From positions 1,134,247-1,198,246 of the forward strand of contig CM082594.2 of the NCBI GenBank assembly GCA_040954595.2: a DNA stretch of 64,000 nucleotides, written 5' to 3'. The translations under genes were made by a program, and so were the position numbers. The notes under the pieces were generated by a model, which did not search any database, had not been told where the DNA came from, and saw only the letters and a program-made list of their open reading frames with translations. Each line of letters starts with the position of its first letter. Position 1 is the first letter of the stretch. The stretch comes from Balanoglossus misakiensis. Taxonomy: Eukaryota; Animalia; Hemichordata. Positions 1 to 14,446 of this stretch are shown here, piece after piece.

Positions 1-3000
1 CGTGCCCATCAATTTTGAGTTTTTGTGGGGTCAACCTTTGCGTCAACATTGATTAACCAGGCCATGCAGAGCTAGTGGCCAGTGTCGTGCCCATCAATTT
101 TGAGTGTTTGGTGGGGTCAGCCTTTGCGTCAACATTGATTAACCAGGCCATGCAGAGCTAGTGGCCAGTGTCGTGCCCATCAATTTTGAGTGTTTGGTGG
201 GGTCAGCCTTTGCGTCAACATTGATTAACCAGGCCATGCAGAGCTAGTGGCCAGTGTCGTGCCCATCAATTTTGAGTGTTTGGTGGGGTCAGCCTTTGCG
301 TCAACATTGATTAACCAGGCCATGCAGAGCTAGTGGCCAGTGTCGTGCCCATCAATTTTGAGTGTTTGGTGGGGTCAGCCTTTGCGTCAACATTGATTAA
401 CCAGGCCATGCAGAGCTAGTGGCCAGTGTCGTGCCCATCAATTTTGAGTGTTTGGTGGGGTCAGCCTTTGCGTCAACATTGATTAACCAGGCCATGCAGA
501 GCTAGTGGCCAGTGTCGTGCCCATCAATTTTGAGTGTTTGGTGGGGTCAGCCTTTGCGTCAACATTGATTAACCAGGCCATGCAGAGCTAGTGGCCAGTG
601 TCGTGCCCATCAATTTTGAGTGTTTGGTGGGGTCAGCCTTTGCGTCAACATTGATTAACCAGGCCATGCAGAGCTAGTGGCCAGTGTCGTGCCCATCAAT
701 TTTGAGTGTTTGGTGGGGTCAGCCTTTGCGTCAACATTGATTAACCAGGCCATGCAGAGCTAGTGGCCAGTGTCGTGCCCATCAATTTTGAGTGTTTGGT
801 GGGGTCAGCCTTTGCGTCAACATTGATTAACCAGGCCATGCAGAGCTAGTGGCCAGTGTCGTGCCCATCAATTTTGAGTGTTTGGTGGGGTCAGCCTTTG
901 CGTCAACATTGATTAACCAGGCCATGCAGAGCTAGTGGCCAGTGTCGTGCCCATCAATTTTGAGTGTTTGGTGGGGTCAGCCTTTGCGTCAACATTGATT
1001 AACCAGGCCATGCAGAGCTAGTGGCCAGTGTCGTGCCCATCAATTTTGAGTGTTTGGTGGGGTCAGCCTTTGCGTCAACATTGATTAACCAGGCCATGCA
1101 GAGCTAGTGGCCAGTGTCGTGCCCATCAATTTTGAGTGTTTGGTGGGGTCAGCCTTTGCGTCAACATTGATTAACCAGGCCATGCAGAGCTAGTGGCCAG
1201 TGTCGTGCCCATCAATTTTGAGTGTTTGGTGGGGTCAGCCTTTGCGTCAACATTGATTAACCAGGCCATGCAGAGCTAGTGGCCAGTGTCGTGCCCATCA
1301 ATTTTGAGTGTTTGGTGGGGTCAGCCTTTGCGTCAACATTGATTAACCAGGCCATGCAGAGCTAGTGGCCAGTGTCGTGCCCATCAATTTTGAGTGTTTG
1401 GTGGGGTCAGCCTTTGCGTCAACATTGATTAACCAGGCCATGCAGAGCTAGTGGCCAGTGTCGTGCCCATCAATTTTGAGTGTTTGGTGGGGTCAGCCTT
1501 TGCGTCAACATTGATTAACCAGGCCATGCAGAGCTAGTGGCCAGTGTCGTGCCCATCAATTTTGAGTGTTTGGTGGGGTCAGCCTTTGCGTCAACATTGA
1601 TTAACCAGGCCATGCAGAGCTAGTGGCCAGTGTCGTGCCCATCAATTTTGAGTGTTTGGTGGGGTCAGCCTTTGCGTCAACATTGATTAACCAGGCCATG
1701 CAGAGCTAGTGGCCAGTGTCGTGCCCATCAATTTTGAGTGTTTGGTGGGGTCAGCCTTTGCGTCAACATTGATTAACCAGGCCATGCAGAGCTAGTGGCC
1801 AGTGTCGTGCCCATCAATTTTGAGTGTTTGGTGGGGTCAGCCTTTGCGTCAACATTGATTAACCAGGCCATGCAGAGCTAGTGGCCAGTGTCGTGCCCAT
1901 CAATTTTGAGTGTTTGGTGGGGTCAGCCTTTGCGTCAACATTGATTAACCAGGCCATGCAGAGCTAGTGGCCAGTGTCGTGCCCATCAATTTTGAGTGTT
2001 TGGTGGGGTCAGCCTTTGCGTCAACATTGATTAACCAGGCCATGCAGAGCTAGTGGCCAGTGTCGTGCCCATCAATTTTGAGTGTTTGGTGGGGTCAGCC
2101 TTTGCGTCAACATTGATTAACCAGGCCATGCAGAGCTAGTGGCCAGTGTCGTGCCCATCAATTTTGAGTGTTTGGTGGGGTCAGCCTTTGCGTCAACATT
2201 GATTAACCAGGCCATGCAGAGCTAGTGGCCAGTGTCGTGCCCATCAATTTTGAGTGTTTGGTGGGGTCAGCCTTTGCGTCAACATTGATTAACCAGGCCA
2301 TGCAGAGCTAGTGGCCAGTGTCGTGCCCATCAATTTTGAGTGTTTGGTGGGGTCAGCCTTTGCGTCAACATTGATTAACCAGGCCATGCAGAGCTAGTGG
2401 CCAGTGTCGTGCCCATCAATTTTGAGTGTTTGGTGGGGTCAGCCTTTGCGTCAACATTGATTAACCAGGCCATGCAGAGCTAGTGGCCAGTGTCGTGCCC
2501 ATCAATTTTGAGTGTTTGGTGGGGTCAGCCTTTGCGTCAACATTGATTAACCAGGCCATGCAGAGCTAGTGGCCAGTGTCGTGCCCATCAATTTTGAGTG
2601 TTTGGTGGGGTCAGCCTTTGCGTCAACATTGATTAACCAGGCCATGCAGAGCTAGTGGCCAGTGTCGTGCCCATCAATTTTGAGTGTTTGGTGGGGTCAG
2701 CCTTTGCGTCAACATTGATTAACCAGGCCATGCAGAGCTAGTGGCCAGTGTCGTGCCCATCAATTTTGAGTGTTTGGTGGGGTCAGCCTTTGCGTCAACA
2801 TTGATTAACCAGGCCATGCAGAGCTAGTGGCCAGTGTCGTGCCCATCAATTTTGAGTGTTTGGTGGGGTCAGCCTTTGCGTCAACATTGATTAACCAGGC
2901 CATGCAGAGCTAGTGGCCAGTGTCGTGCCCATCAATTTTGAGTGTTTGGTGGGGTCAGCCTTTGCGTCAACATTGATTAACCAGGCCATGCAGAGCTAGT

Positions 3001-6000
3001 GGCCAGTGTCGTGCCCATCAATTTTGAGTGTTTGGTGGGGTCAGCCTTTGCGTCAACATTGATTAACCAGGCCATGCAGAGCTAGTGGCCAGTGTCGTGC
3101 CCATCAATTTTGAGTGTTTGGTGGGGTCAGCCTTTGCGTCAACATTGATTAACCAGGCCATGCAGAGCTAGTGGCCAGTGTCGTGCCCATCAATTTTGAG
3201 TGTTTGGTGGGGTCAGCCTTTGCGTCAACATTGATTAACCAGGCCATGCAGAGCTAGTGGCCAGTGTCGTGCCCATCAATTTTGAGTGTTTGGTGGGGTC
3301 AGCCTTTGCGTCAACATTGATTAACCAGGCCATGCAGAGCTAGTGGCCAGTGTCGTGCCCATCAATTTTGAGTGTTTGGTGGGGTCAGCCTTTGCGTCAA
3401 CATTGATTAACCAGGCCATGCAGAGCTAGTGGCCAGTGTCGTGCCCATCAATTTTGAGTGTTTGGTGGGGTCAGCCTTTGCGTCAACATTGATTAACCAG
3501 GCCATGCAGAGCTAGTGGCCAGTGTCGTGCCCATCAATTTTGAGTGTTTGGTGGGGTCAGCCTTTGCGTCAACATTGATTAACCAGGCCATGCAGAGCTA
3601 GTGGCCAGTGTCGTGCCCATCAATTTTGAGTGTTTGGTGGGGTCAGCCTTTGCGTCAACATTGATTAACCAGGCCATGCAGAGCTAGTGGCCAGTGTCGT
3701 GCCCATCAATTTTGAGTGTTTGGTGGGGTCAGCCTTTGCGTCAACATTGATTAACCAGGCCATGCAGAGCTAGTGGCCAGTGTCGTGCCCATCAATTTTG
3801 AGTGTTTGGTGGGGTCAGCCTTTGCGTCAACATTGATTAACCAGGCCATGCAGAGCTAGTGGCCAGTGTCGTGCCCATCAATTTTGAGTGTTTGGTGGGG
3901 TCAGCCTTTGCGTCAACATTGATTAACCAGGCCATGCAGAGCTAGTGGCCAGTGTCGTGCCCATCAATTTTGAGTGTTTGGTGGGGTCAGCCTTTGCGTC
4001 AACATTGATTAACCAGGCCATGCAGAGCTAGTGGCCAGTGTCGTGCCCATCAATTTTGAGTGTTTGGTGGGGTCAGCCTTTGCGTCAACATTGATTAACC
4101 AGGCCATGCAGAGCTAGTGGCCAGTGTCGTGCCCATCAATTTTGAGTGTTTGGTGGGGTCAGCCTTTGCGTCAACATTGATTAACCAGGCCATGCAGAGC
4201 TAGTGGCCAGTGTCGTGCCCATCAATTTTGAGTGTTTGGTGGGGTCAGCCTTTGCGTCAACATTGATTAACCAGGCCATGCAGAGCTAGTGGCCAGTGTC
4301 GTGCCCATCAATTTTGAGTGTTTGGTGGGGTCAGCCTTTGCGTCAACATTGATTAACCAGGCCATGCAGAGCTAGTGGCCAGTGTCGTGCCCATCAATTT
4401 TGAGTGTTTGGTGGGGTCAGCCTTTGCGTCAACATTGATTAACCAGGCCATGCAGAGCTAGTGGCCAGTGTCGTGCCCATCAATTTTGAGTGTTTGGTGG
4501 GGTCAGCCTTTGCGTCAACATTGATTAACCAGGCCATGCAGAGCTAGTGGCCAGTGTCGTGCCCATCAATTTTGAGTGTTTGGTGGGGTCAGCCTTTGCG
4601 TCAACATTGATTAACCAGGCCATGCAGAGCTAGTGGCCAGTGTCGTGCCCATCAATTTTGAGTGTTTGGTGGGGTCAGCCTTTGCGTCAACATTGATTAA
4701 CCAGGCCATGCAGAGCTAGTGGCCAGTGTCGTGCCCATCAATTTTGAGTGTTTGGTGGGGTCAGCCTTTGCGTCAACATTGATTAACCAGGCCATGCAGA
4801 GCTAGTGGCCAGTGTCGTGCCCATCAATTTTGAGTGTTTGGTGGGGTCAGCCTTTGCGTCAACATTGATTAACCAGGCCATGCAGAGCTAGTGGCCAGTG
4901 TCGTGCCCATCAATTTTGAGTGTTTGGTGGGGTCAGCCTTTGCGTCAACATTGATTAACCAGGCCATGCAGAGCTAGTGGCCAGTGTCGTGCCCATCAAT
5001 TTTGAGTGTTTGGTGGGGTCAGCCTTTGCGTCAACATTGATTAACCAGGCCATGCAGAGCTAGTGGCCAGTGTCGTGCCCATCAATTTTGAGTGTTTGGT
5101 GGGGTCAGCCTTTGCGTCAACATTGATTAACCAGGCCATGCAGAGCTAGTGGCCAGTGTCGTGCCCATCAATTTTGAGTGTTTGGTGGGGTCAGCCTTTG
5201 CGTCAACATTGATTAACCAGGCCATGCAGAGCTAGTGGCCAGTGTCGTGCCCATCAATTTTGAGTGTTTGGTGGGGTCAGCCTTTGCGTCAACATTGATT
5301 AACCAGGCCATGCAGAGCTAGTGGCCAGTGTCGTGCCCATCAATTTTGAGTGTTTGGTGGGGTCAGCCTTTGCGTCAACATTGATTAACCAGGCCATGCA
5401 GAGCTAGTGGCCAGTGTCGTGCCCATCAATTTTGAGTGTTTGGTGGGGTCAGCCTTTGCGTCAACATTGATTAACCAGGCCATGCAGAGCTAGTGGCCAG
5501 TGTCGTGCCCATCAATTTTGAGTGTTTGGTGGGGTCAGCCTTTGCGTCAACATTGATTAACCAGGCCATGCAGAGCTAGTGGCCAGTGTCGTGCCCATCA
5601 ATTTTGAGTGTTTGGTGGGGTCAGCCTTTGCGTCAACATTGATTAACCAGGCCATGCAGAGCTAGTGGCCAGTGTCGTGCCCATCAATTTTGAGTGTTTG
5701 GTGGGGTCAGCCTTTGCGTCAACATTGATTAACCAGGCCATGCAGAGCTAGTGGCCAGTGTCGTGCCCATCAATTTTGAGTGTTTGGTGGGGTCAGCCTT
5801 TGCGTCAACATTGATTAACCAGGCCATGCAGAGCTAGTGGCCAGTGTCGTGCCCATCAATTTTGAGTGTTTGGTGGGGTCAGCCTTTGCGTCAACATTGA
5901 TTAACCAGGCCATGCAGAGCTAGTGGCCAGTGTCGTGCCCATCAATTTTGAGTGTTTGGTGGGGTCAGCCTTTGCGTCAACATTGATTAACCAGGCCATG

Positions 6001-9000
6001 CAGAGCTAGTGGCCAGTGTCGTGCCCATCAATTTTGAGTGTTTGGTGGGGTCAGCCTTTGCGTCAACATTGATTAACCAGGCCATGCAGAGCTAGTGGCC
6101 AGTGTCGTGCCCATCAATTTTGAGTGTTTGGTGGGGTCAGCCTTTGCGTCAACATTGATTAACCAGGCCATGCAGAGCTAGTGGCCAGTGTCGTGCCCAT
6201 CAATTTTGAGTGTTTGGTGGGGTCAGCCTTTGCGTCAACATTGATTAACCAGGCCATGCAGAGCTAGTGGCCAGTGTCGTGCCCATCAATTTTGAGTGTT
6301 TGGTGGGGTCAGCCTTTGCGTCAACATTGATTAACCAGGCCATGCAGAGCTAGTGGCCAGTGTCGTGCCCATCAATTTTGAGTGTTTGGTGGGGTCAGCC
6401 TTTGCGTCAACATTGATTAACCAGGCCATGCAGAGCTAGTGGCCAGTGTCGTGCCCATCAATTTTGAGTGTTTGGTGGGGTCAGCCTTTGCGTCAACATT
6501 GATTAACCAGGCCATGCAGAGCTAGTGGCCAGTGTCGTGCCCATCAATTTTGAGTGTTTGGTGGGGTCAGCCTTTGCGTCAACATTGATTAACCAGGCCA
6601 TGCAGAGCTAGTGGCCAGTGTCGTGCCCATCAATTTTGAGTGTTTGGTGGGGTCAGCCTTTGCGTCAACATTGATTAACCAGGCCATGCAGAGCTAGTGG
6701 CCAGTGTCGTGCCCATCAATTTTGAGTGTTTGGTGGGGTCAGCCTTTGCGTCAACATTGATTAACCAGGCCATGCAGAGCTAGTGGCCAGTGTCGTGCCC
6801 ATCAATTTTGAGTGTTTGGTGGGGTCAGCCTTTGCGTCAACATTGATTAACCAGGCCATGCAGAGCTAGTGGCCAGTGTCGTGCCCATCAATTTTGAGTG
6901 TTTGGTGGGGTCAGCCTTTGCGTCAACATTGATTAACCAGGCCATGCAGAGCTAGTGGCCAGTGTCGTGCCCATCAATTTTGAGTGTTTGGTGGGGTCAG
7001 CCTTTGCGTCAACATTGATTAACCAGGCCATGCAGAGCTAGTGGCCAGTGTCGTGCCCATCAATTTTGAGTGTTTGGTGGGGTCAGCCTTTGCGTCAACA
7101 TTGATTAACCAGGCCATGCAGAGCTAGTGGCCAGTGTCGTGCCCATCAATTTTGAGTGTTTGGTGGGGTCAGCCTTTGCGTCAACATTGATTAACCAGGC
7201 CATGCAGAGCTAGTGGCCAGTGTCGTGCCCATCAATTTTGAGTGTTTGGTGGGGTCAGCCTTTGCGTCAACATTGATTAACCAGGCCATGCAGAGCTAGT
7301 GGCCAGTGTCGTGCCCATCAATTTTGAGTGTTTGGTGGGGTCAGCCTTTGCGTCAACATTGATTAACCAGGCCATGCAGAGCTAGTGGCCAGTGTCGTGC
7401 CCATCAATTTTGAGTGTTTGGTGGGGTCAGCCTTTGCGTCAACATTGATTAACCAGGCCATGCAGAGCTAGTGGCCAGTGTCGTGCCCATCAATTTTGAG
7501 TGTTTGGTGGGGTCAGCCTTTGCGTCAACATTGATTAACCAGGCCATGCAGAGCTAGTGGCCAGTGTCGTGCCCATCAATTTTGAGTGTTTGGTGGGGTC
7601 AGCCTTTGCGTCAACATTGATTAACCAGGCCATGCAGAGCTAGTGGCCAGTGTCGTGCCCATCAATTTTGAGTGTTTGGTGGGGTCAGCCTTTGCGTCAA
7701 CATTGATTAACCAGGCCATGCAGAGCTAGTGGCCAGTGTCGTGCCCATCAATTTTGAGTGTTTGGTGGGGTCAGCCTTTGCGTCAACATTGATTAACCAG
7801 GCCATGCAGAGCTAGTGGCCAGTGTCGTGCCCATCAATTTTGAGTGTTTGGTGGGGTCAGCCTTTGCGTCAACATTGATTAACCAGGCCATGCAGAGCTA
7901 GTGGCCAGTGTCGTGCCCATCAATTTTGAGTGTTTGGTGGGGTCAGCCTTTGCGTCAACATTGATTAACCAGGCCATGCAGAGCTAGTGGCCAGTGTCGT
8001 GCCCATCAATTTTGAGTGTTTGGTGGGGTCAGCCTTTGCGTCAACATTGATTAACCAGGCCATGCAGAGCTAGTGGCCAGTGTCGTGCCCATCAATTTTG
8101 AGTGTTTGGTGGGGTCAGCCTTTGCGTCAACATTGATTAACCAGGCCATGCAGAGCTAGTGGCCAGTGTCGTGCCCATCAATTTTGAGTGTTTGGTGGGG
8201 TCAGCCTTTGCGTCAACATTGATTAACCAGGCCATGCAGAGCTAGTGGCCAGTGTCGTGCCCATCAATTTTGAGTGTTTGGTGGGGTCAGCCTTTGCGTC
8301 AACATTGATTAACCAGGCCATGCAGAGCTAGTGGCCAGTGTCGTGCCCATCAATTTTGAGTGTTTGGTGGGGTCAGCCTTTGCGTCAACATTGATTAACC
8401 AGGCCATGCAGAGCTAGTGGCCAGTGTCGTGCCCATCAATTTTGAGTGTTTGGTGGGGTCAGCCTTTGCGTCAACATTGATTAACCAGGCCATGCAGAGC
8501 TAGTGGCCAGTGTCGTGCCCATCAATTTTGAGTGTTTGGTGGGGTCAGCCTTTGCGTCAACATTGATTAACCAGGCCATGCAGAGCTAGTGGCCAGTGTC
8601 GTGCCCATCAATTTTGAGTGTTTGGTGGGGTCAGCCTTTGCGTCAACATTGATTAACCAGGCCATGCAGAGCTAGTGGCCAGTGTCGTGCCCATCAATTT
8701 TGAGTGTTTGGTGGGGTCAGCCTTTGCGTCAACATTGATTAACCAGGCCATGCAGAGCTAGTGGCCAGTGTCGTGCCCATCAATTTTGAGTGTTTGGTGG
8801 GGTCAGCCTTTGCGTCAACATTGATTAACCAGGCCATGCAGAGCTAGTGGCCAGTGTCGTGCCCATCAATTTTGAGTGTTTGGTGGGGTCAGCCTTTGCG
8901 TCAACATTGATTAACCAGGCCATGCAGAGCTAGTGGCCAGTGTCGTGCCCATCAATTTTGAGTGTTTGGTGGGGTCAGCCTTTGCGTCAACATTGATTAA

Positions 9001-12000
9001 CCAGGCCATGCAGAGCTAGTGGCCAGTGTCGTGCCCATCAATTTTGAGTGTTTGGTGGGGTCAGCCTTTGCGTCAACATTGATTAACCAGGCCATGCAGA
9101 GCTAGTGGCCAGTGTCGTGCCCATCAATTTTGAGTGTTTGGTGGGGTCAGCCTTTGCGTCAACATTGATTAACCAGGCCATGCAGAGCTAGTGGCCAGTG
9201 TCGTGCCCATCAATTTTGAGTGTTTGGTGGGGTCAGCCTTTGCGTCAACATTGATTAACCAGGCCATGCAGAGCTAGTGGCCAGTGTCGTGCCCATCAAT
9301 TTTGAGTGTTTGGTGGGGTCAGCCTTTGCGTCAACATTGATTAACCAGGCCATGCAGAGCTAGTGGCCAGTGTCGTGCCCATCAATTTTGAGTGTTTGGT
9401 GGGGTCAGCCTTTGCGTCAACATTGATTAACCAGGCCATGCAGAGCTAGTGGCCAGTGTCGTGCCCATCAATTTTGAGTGTTTGGTGGGGTCAGCCTTTG
9501 CGTCAACATTGATTAACCAGGCCATGCAGAGCTAGTGGCCAGTGTCGTGCCCATCAATTTTGAGTGTTTGGTGGGGTCAGCCTTTGCGTCAACATTGATT
9601 AACCAGGCCATGCAGAGCTAGTGGCCAGTGTCGTGCCCATCAATTTTGAGTGTTTGGTGGGGTCAGCCTTTGCGTCAACATTGATTAACCAGGCCATGCA
9701 GAGCTAGTGGCCAGTGTCGTGCCCATCAATTTTGAGTGTTTGGTGGGGTCAGCCTTTGCGTCAACATTGATTAACCAGGCCATGCAGAGCTAGTGGCCAG
9801 TGTCGTGCCCATCAATTTTGAGTGTTTGGTGGGGTCAGCCTTTGCGTCAACATTGATTAACCAGGCCATGCAGAGCTAGTGGCCAGTGTCGTGCCCATCA
9901 ATTTTGAGTGTTTGGTGGGGTCAGCCTTTGCGTCAACATTGATTAACCAGGCCATGCAGAGCTAGTGGCCAGTGTCGTGCCCATCAATTTTGAGTGTTTG
10001 GTGGGGTCAGCCTTTGCGTCAACATTGATTAACCAGGCCATGCAGAGCTAGTGGCCAGTGTCGTGCCCATCAATTTTGAGTGTTTGGTGGGGTCAGCCTT
10101 TGCGTCAACATTGATTAACCAGGCCATGCAGAGCTAGTGGCCAGTGTCGTGCCCATCAATTTTGAGTGTTTGGTGGGGTCAGCCTTTGCGTCAACATTGA
10201 TTAACCAGGCCATGCAGAGCTAGTGGCCAGTGTCGTGCCCATCAATTTTGAGTGTTTGGTGGGGTCAGCCTTTGCGTCAACATTGATTAACCAGGCCATG
10301 CAGAGCTAGTGGCCAGTGTCGTGCCCATCAATTTTGAGTGTTTGGTGGGGTCAGCCTTTGCGTCAACATTGATTAACCAGGCCATGCAGAGCTAGTGGCC
10401 AGTGTCGTGCCCATCAATTTTGAGTGTTTGGTGGGGTCAGCCTTTGCGTCAACATTGATTAACCAGGCCATGCAGAGCTAGTGGCCAGTGTCGTGCCCAT
10501 CAATTTTGAGTGTTTGGTGGGGTCAGCCTTTGCGTCAACATTGATTAACCAGGCCATGCAGAGCTAGTGGCCAGTGTCGTGCCCATCAATTTTGAGTGTT
10601 TGGTGGGGTCAGCCTTTGCGTCAACATTGATTAACCAGGCCATGCAGAGCTAGTGGCCAGTGTCGTGCCCATCAATTTTGAGTGTTTGGTGGGGTCAGCC
10701 TTTGCGTCAACATTGATTAACCAGGCCATGCAGAGCTAGTGGCCAGTGTCGTGCCCATCAATTTTGAGTGTTTGGTGGGGTCAGCCTTTGCGTCAACATT
10801 GATTAACCAGGCCATGCAGAGCTAGTGGCCAGTGTCGTGCCCATCAATTTTGAGTGTTTGGTGGGGTCAGCCTTTGCGTCAACATTGATTAACCAGGCCA
10901 TGCAGAGCTAGTGGCCAGTGTCGTGCCCATCAATTTTGAGTGTTTGGTGGGGTCAGCCTTTGCGTCAACATTGATTAACCAGGCCATGCAGAGCTAGTGG
11001 CCAGTGTCGTGCCCATCAATTTTGAGTGTTTGGTGGGGTCAGCCTTTGCGTCAACATTGATTAACCAGGCCATGCAGAGCTAGTGGCCAGTGTCGTGCCC
11101 ATCAATTTTGAGTGTTTGGTGGGGTCAGCCTTTGCGTCAACATTGATTAACCAGGCCATGCAGAGCTAGTGGCCAGTGTCGTGCCCATCAATTTTGAGTG
11201 TTTGGTGGGGTCAGCCTTTGCGTCAACATTGATTAACCAGGCCATGCAGAGCTAGTGGCCAGTGTCGTGCCCATCAATTTTGAGTGTTTGGTGGGGTCAG
11301 CCTTTGCGTCAACATTGATTAACCAGGCCATGCAGAGCTAGTGGCCAGTGTCGTGCCCATCAATTTTGAGTGTTTGGTGGGGTCAGCCTTTGCGTCAACA
11401 TTGATTAACCAGGCCATGCAGAGCTAGTGGCCAGTGTCGTGCCCATCAATTTTGAGTGTTTGGTGGGGTCAGCCTTTGCGTCAACATTGATTAACCAGGC
11501 CATGCAGAGCTAGTGGCCAGTGTCGTGCCCATCAATTTTGAGTGTTTGGTGGGGTCAGCCTTTGCGTCAACATTGATTAACCAGGCCATGCAGAGCTAGT
11601 GGCCAGTGTCGTGCCCATCAATTTTGAGTGTTTGGTGGGGTCAGCCTTTGCGTCAACATTGATTAACCAGGCCATGCAGAGCTAGTGGCCAGTGTCGTGC
11701 CCATCAATTTTGAGTGTTTGGTGGGGTCAGCCTTTGCGTCAACATTGATTAACCAGGCCATGCAGAGCTAGTGGCCAGTGTCGTGCCCATCAATTTTGAG
11801 TGTTTGGTGGGGTCAGCCTTTGCGTCAACATTGATTAACCAGGCCATGCAGAGCTAGTGGCCAGTGTCGTGCCCATCAATTTTGAGTGTTTGGTGGGGTC
11901 AGCCTTTGCGTCAACATTGATTAACCAGGCCATGCAGAGCTAGTGGCCAGTGTCGTGCCCATCAATTTTGAGTGTTTGGTGGGGTCAACCTTTGCGTCAA

Positions 12001-12200
12001 CATCGATTAACCAGGCCATGCAGAGCTAGTGGCCAGTGTCGTGCCCATCAATTTTGAGTGTTTGGTGGGGTCAACCTTTGCGTCAACATCGATTAACCAG
12101 GCCATGCAGAGCTAGTGGCCAGTGTCGTGCCCATCAATTTTGAGTGTTTGGTGGGGTCAACCTTTGCGTCAACATCGATTAACCAGGCCATGCAGAGCTA
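1..12200. repeat. Tandem satellite, 86-bp unit, ~142 copies, runs off the left edge
   Basis: Unit cgtgcccatcaattttgagtgtttggtggggtcagcctttgcgtcaacattgattaaccaggccatgcagagctagtggccagtgt. Line phase recurs every 2580 bp (30x86). The array ends abruptly at 12200. Confidence 0.98.
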
Positions 12201-12447
12201 CATGTATGTTGCCTGTAAGGCACACATCTCCAATTGGTACATTGGGCCTATCATACTGTACATGTACAACTAGGAAAATGTACTTCATCATATTTCCATA
12301 GTCAGCAGCTTCAAGAACATGTTGCCTTCTCTATATGAATGTTTAGACTAAAAAGAAGTATAAGTAGAATAAAGTTGTCCAATTATTGTTGGCAGGGGGT
12401 GGGGATGTGTGCTCCCATACAAATGTATATGGGTATGTACTCTTTAA

Positions 12448-13023
12448 AGGTCACATGTCATGCTTTGGAAAGTTTTCATTTTTCCACGTCAAAAGCTCAC
12501 CTAGGGTACCTGTCTATGCATTGCCTAATGTGTCGGTTCTGAAAAATGTGCACGAATGCCGGAATTTGCCACCTTTTTTCATGCCTGTGATCAGGGAGCC
12601 ACTTCGCACTCGAGCCAGGCGAAGGTATTTGCATATGGACAAACAAGTACACTACGTCCTAGTGTACCATTCTGCTAACAGTAAAGTGTAATTAGCAGTC
12701 CATGAGTAATTAAGTCCACAGACAAAGACAAGCTATATAAACAGTGTTCAAAGCAAATGAAGCCCTTGCCTCACATTACAGGCAGAGGATTTACGAAGGT
12801 GTGAAAGACTATTTGTCCACATCAAGATAAGTCTTCGACTGAACTTCGAAAAGCCGAAAAAACTCGACTGAGTTGGGTTAGGGGTACACGCCCACCCGCC
12901 ACTTTTACTTGCTTGTTATCTAAGCACAAGGGGCAAAACGCATTGCAAGATAGTAACATACGTTAACTTCAAGACCCAAATAGTGATTTTACGCGTGGTT
13001 GTATAGGGCATGGCAGGTGACCT
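12448..13023. mobile_element. Non-autonomous Kolobok-like MITE (TTAA TSD)
   Basis: ttaa|aggtcacatgtcatgc ... gcatggcaggtgacct|ttaa: imperfect TIR with TTAA on both sides. Confidence 0.7.
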
Positions 13024-13390
13024 TTAAGAAAAACCTTCATATGCAAGAGAAAAATGGTAAATGACAAAGAAAATTTGACTGGTATTACAATAGGTCGGGT
13101 TTTTGGCATTTACACATATTGATGTTATCAACCGGGAAGCACACTACGTGCTGAAAATAATTGGAGACCTCTCGCCCGGGGTGTCGGCCAGTGGCCACAT
13201 ACATTTCCAGTCCTAAACCTTGCATCAGTTCTGTGGTGCGGATTAAGAAATAAGATTGGCGCTACAATATGCCCACTTAGTTTGAAATGGATTCTGCATA
13301 TATACATGTAAACACATTGAAAATGAGATATTACACATATAATCATGGGACAAGAAGGGCAAAAATTAAATTATCCAGCAGGTGTTTGAA

Positions 13391-14045
13391 TTATGCAAAT
13401 TAGAACAGTTGTCTAATATTGCCATGTCAACCACGTTGAAATTGTTTTAGGTACCCATATTAATTAAAACCGTGAAAATGCGATATTACACACCATATAA
13501 GACAAACCAGGGAAATTTACATGTTAGAGAAGTTTGTCGGCCATTTTGGATTATGCAAATTAGAACAGTTGTCTAATATTGCCATGTCAACCATGCTGAA
13601 ATTGTTTTAGTTACCCATATTGATGAAAACCCTGCAAATGCGATTTTAGGCACCATATAAGACAAAACAGGGAAATTTACATTTAAGAAGAGTTTGGTGG
13701 CCATTTTGGATTATGCAAATTAGAACAGCTGTCTAATATTGCCATGTCAACGACGTTGAAATTGTTTTAGGTACCCATATTGATGAAAACCCTGCAAATG
13801 CGATATTACACACTATTAAAGACAACCATAGTAAATTTACATGTTAGAGAAGTTTGTCGGCCATTCTAGATTATGCAAATTAGAACAGCTGTCTAACATT
13901 GCAATGTCAACCACGTTGAAATTGTTTTAGGTACCCATATTGATGAAAACCCTTCAAATGCGATACTACACGCTATTTAAGACGACCATAGGAAATTTAC
14001 ATGTTAGAGGAGTTTGGCGGCCATTTTGGACTATGCAAATGAGAA
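13391..14045. repeat. Diverged 160-bp tandem repeat, ~4 copies
   Basis: ttatgcaaat recurs at 13391, 13551, 13711, 13871 and (as ctatgcaaat) 14031, with similar intervening sequence. Confidence 0.9.
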
Positions 14046-14446
14046 GAGTTGAACAAAAAATGCCATATTTGCAATGCTGTTGTCTTGTTTTGGGTGCCTA
14101 TGTTAAGGCTTGAAAATGAAAGCTTATTCACCATTTTGGCACAAACAGTGGCGAGAAGGTGTTCCAATGTAACTTAGAAGAGTTGCCATATTTGCAATAC
14201 AGTTATATTGTTTAAGGTATGAATGCAAATCCTGAATATTAGATTTATAACAATTTCATTGGAAAGAACATTTGTAGGTTCATCATTGACCCCATAGGAC
14301 TGTCAACTGGACTACAGACAGTCTCGATGAACACAAGACATGATCCCAATTTGCAAGCTGAGTTGAAACTGACTGCTGCAGTAACTTTAGCTCTGGGAAT
14401 GTCTTGTATGATTTAAAGCAATTGATGACCAAATTTAACACAGTTT

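Noticed and set aside
1-12200. CRISPR array
   Set aside because: The units are identical end to end with no unique spacers, no cas genes are present, and the context is eukaryotic.
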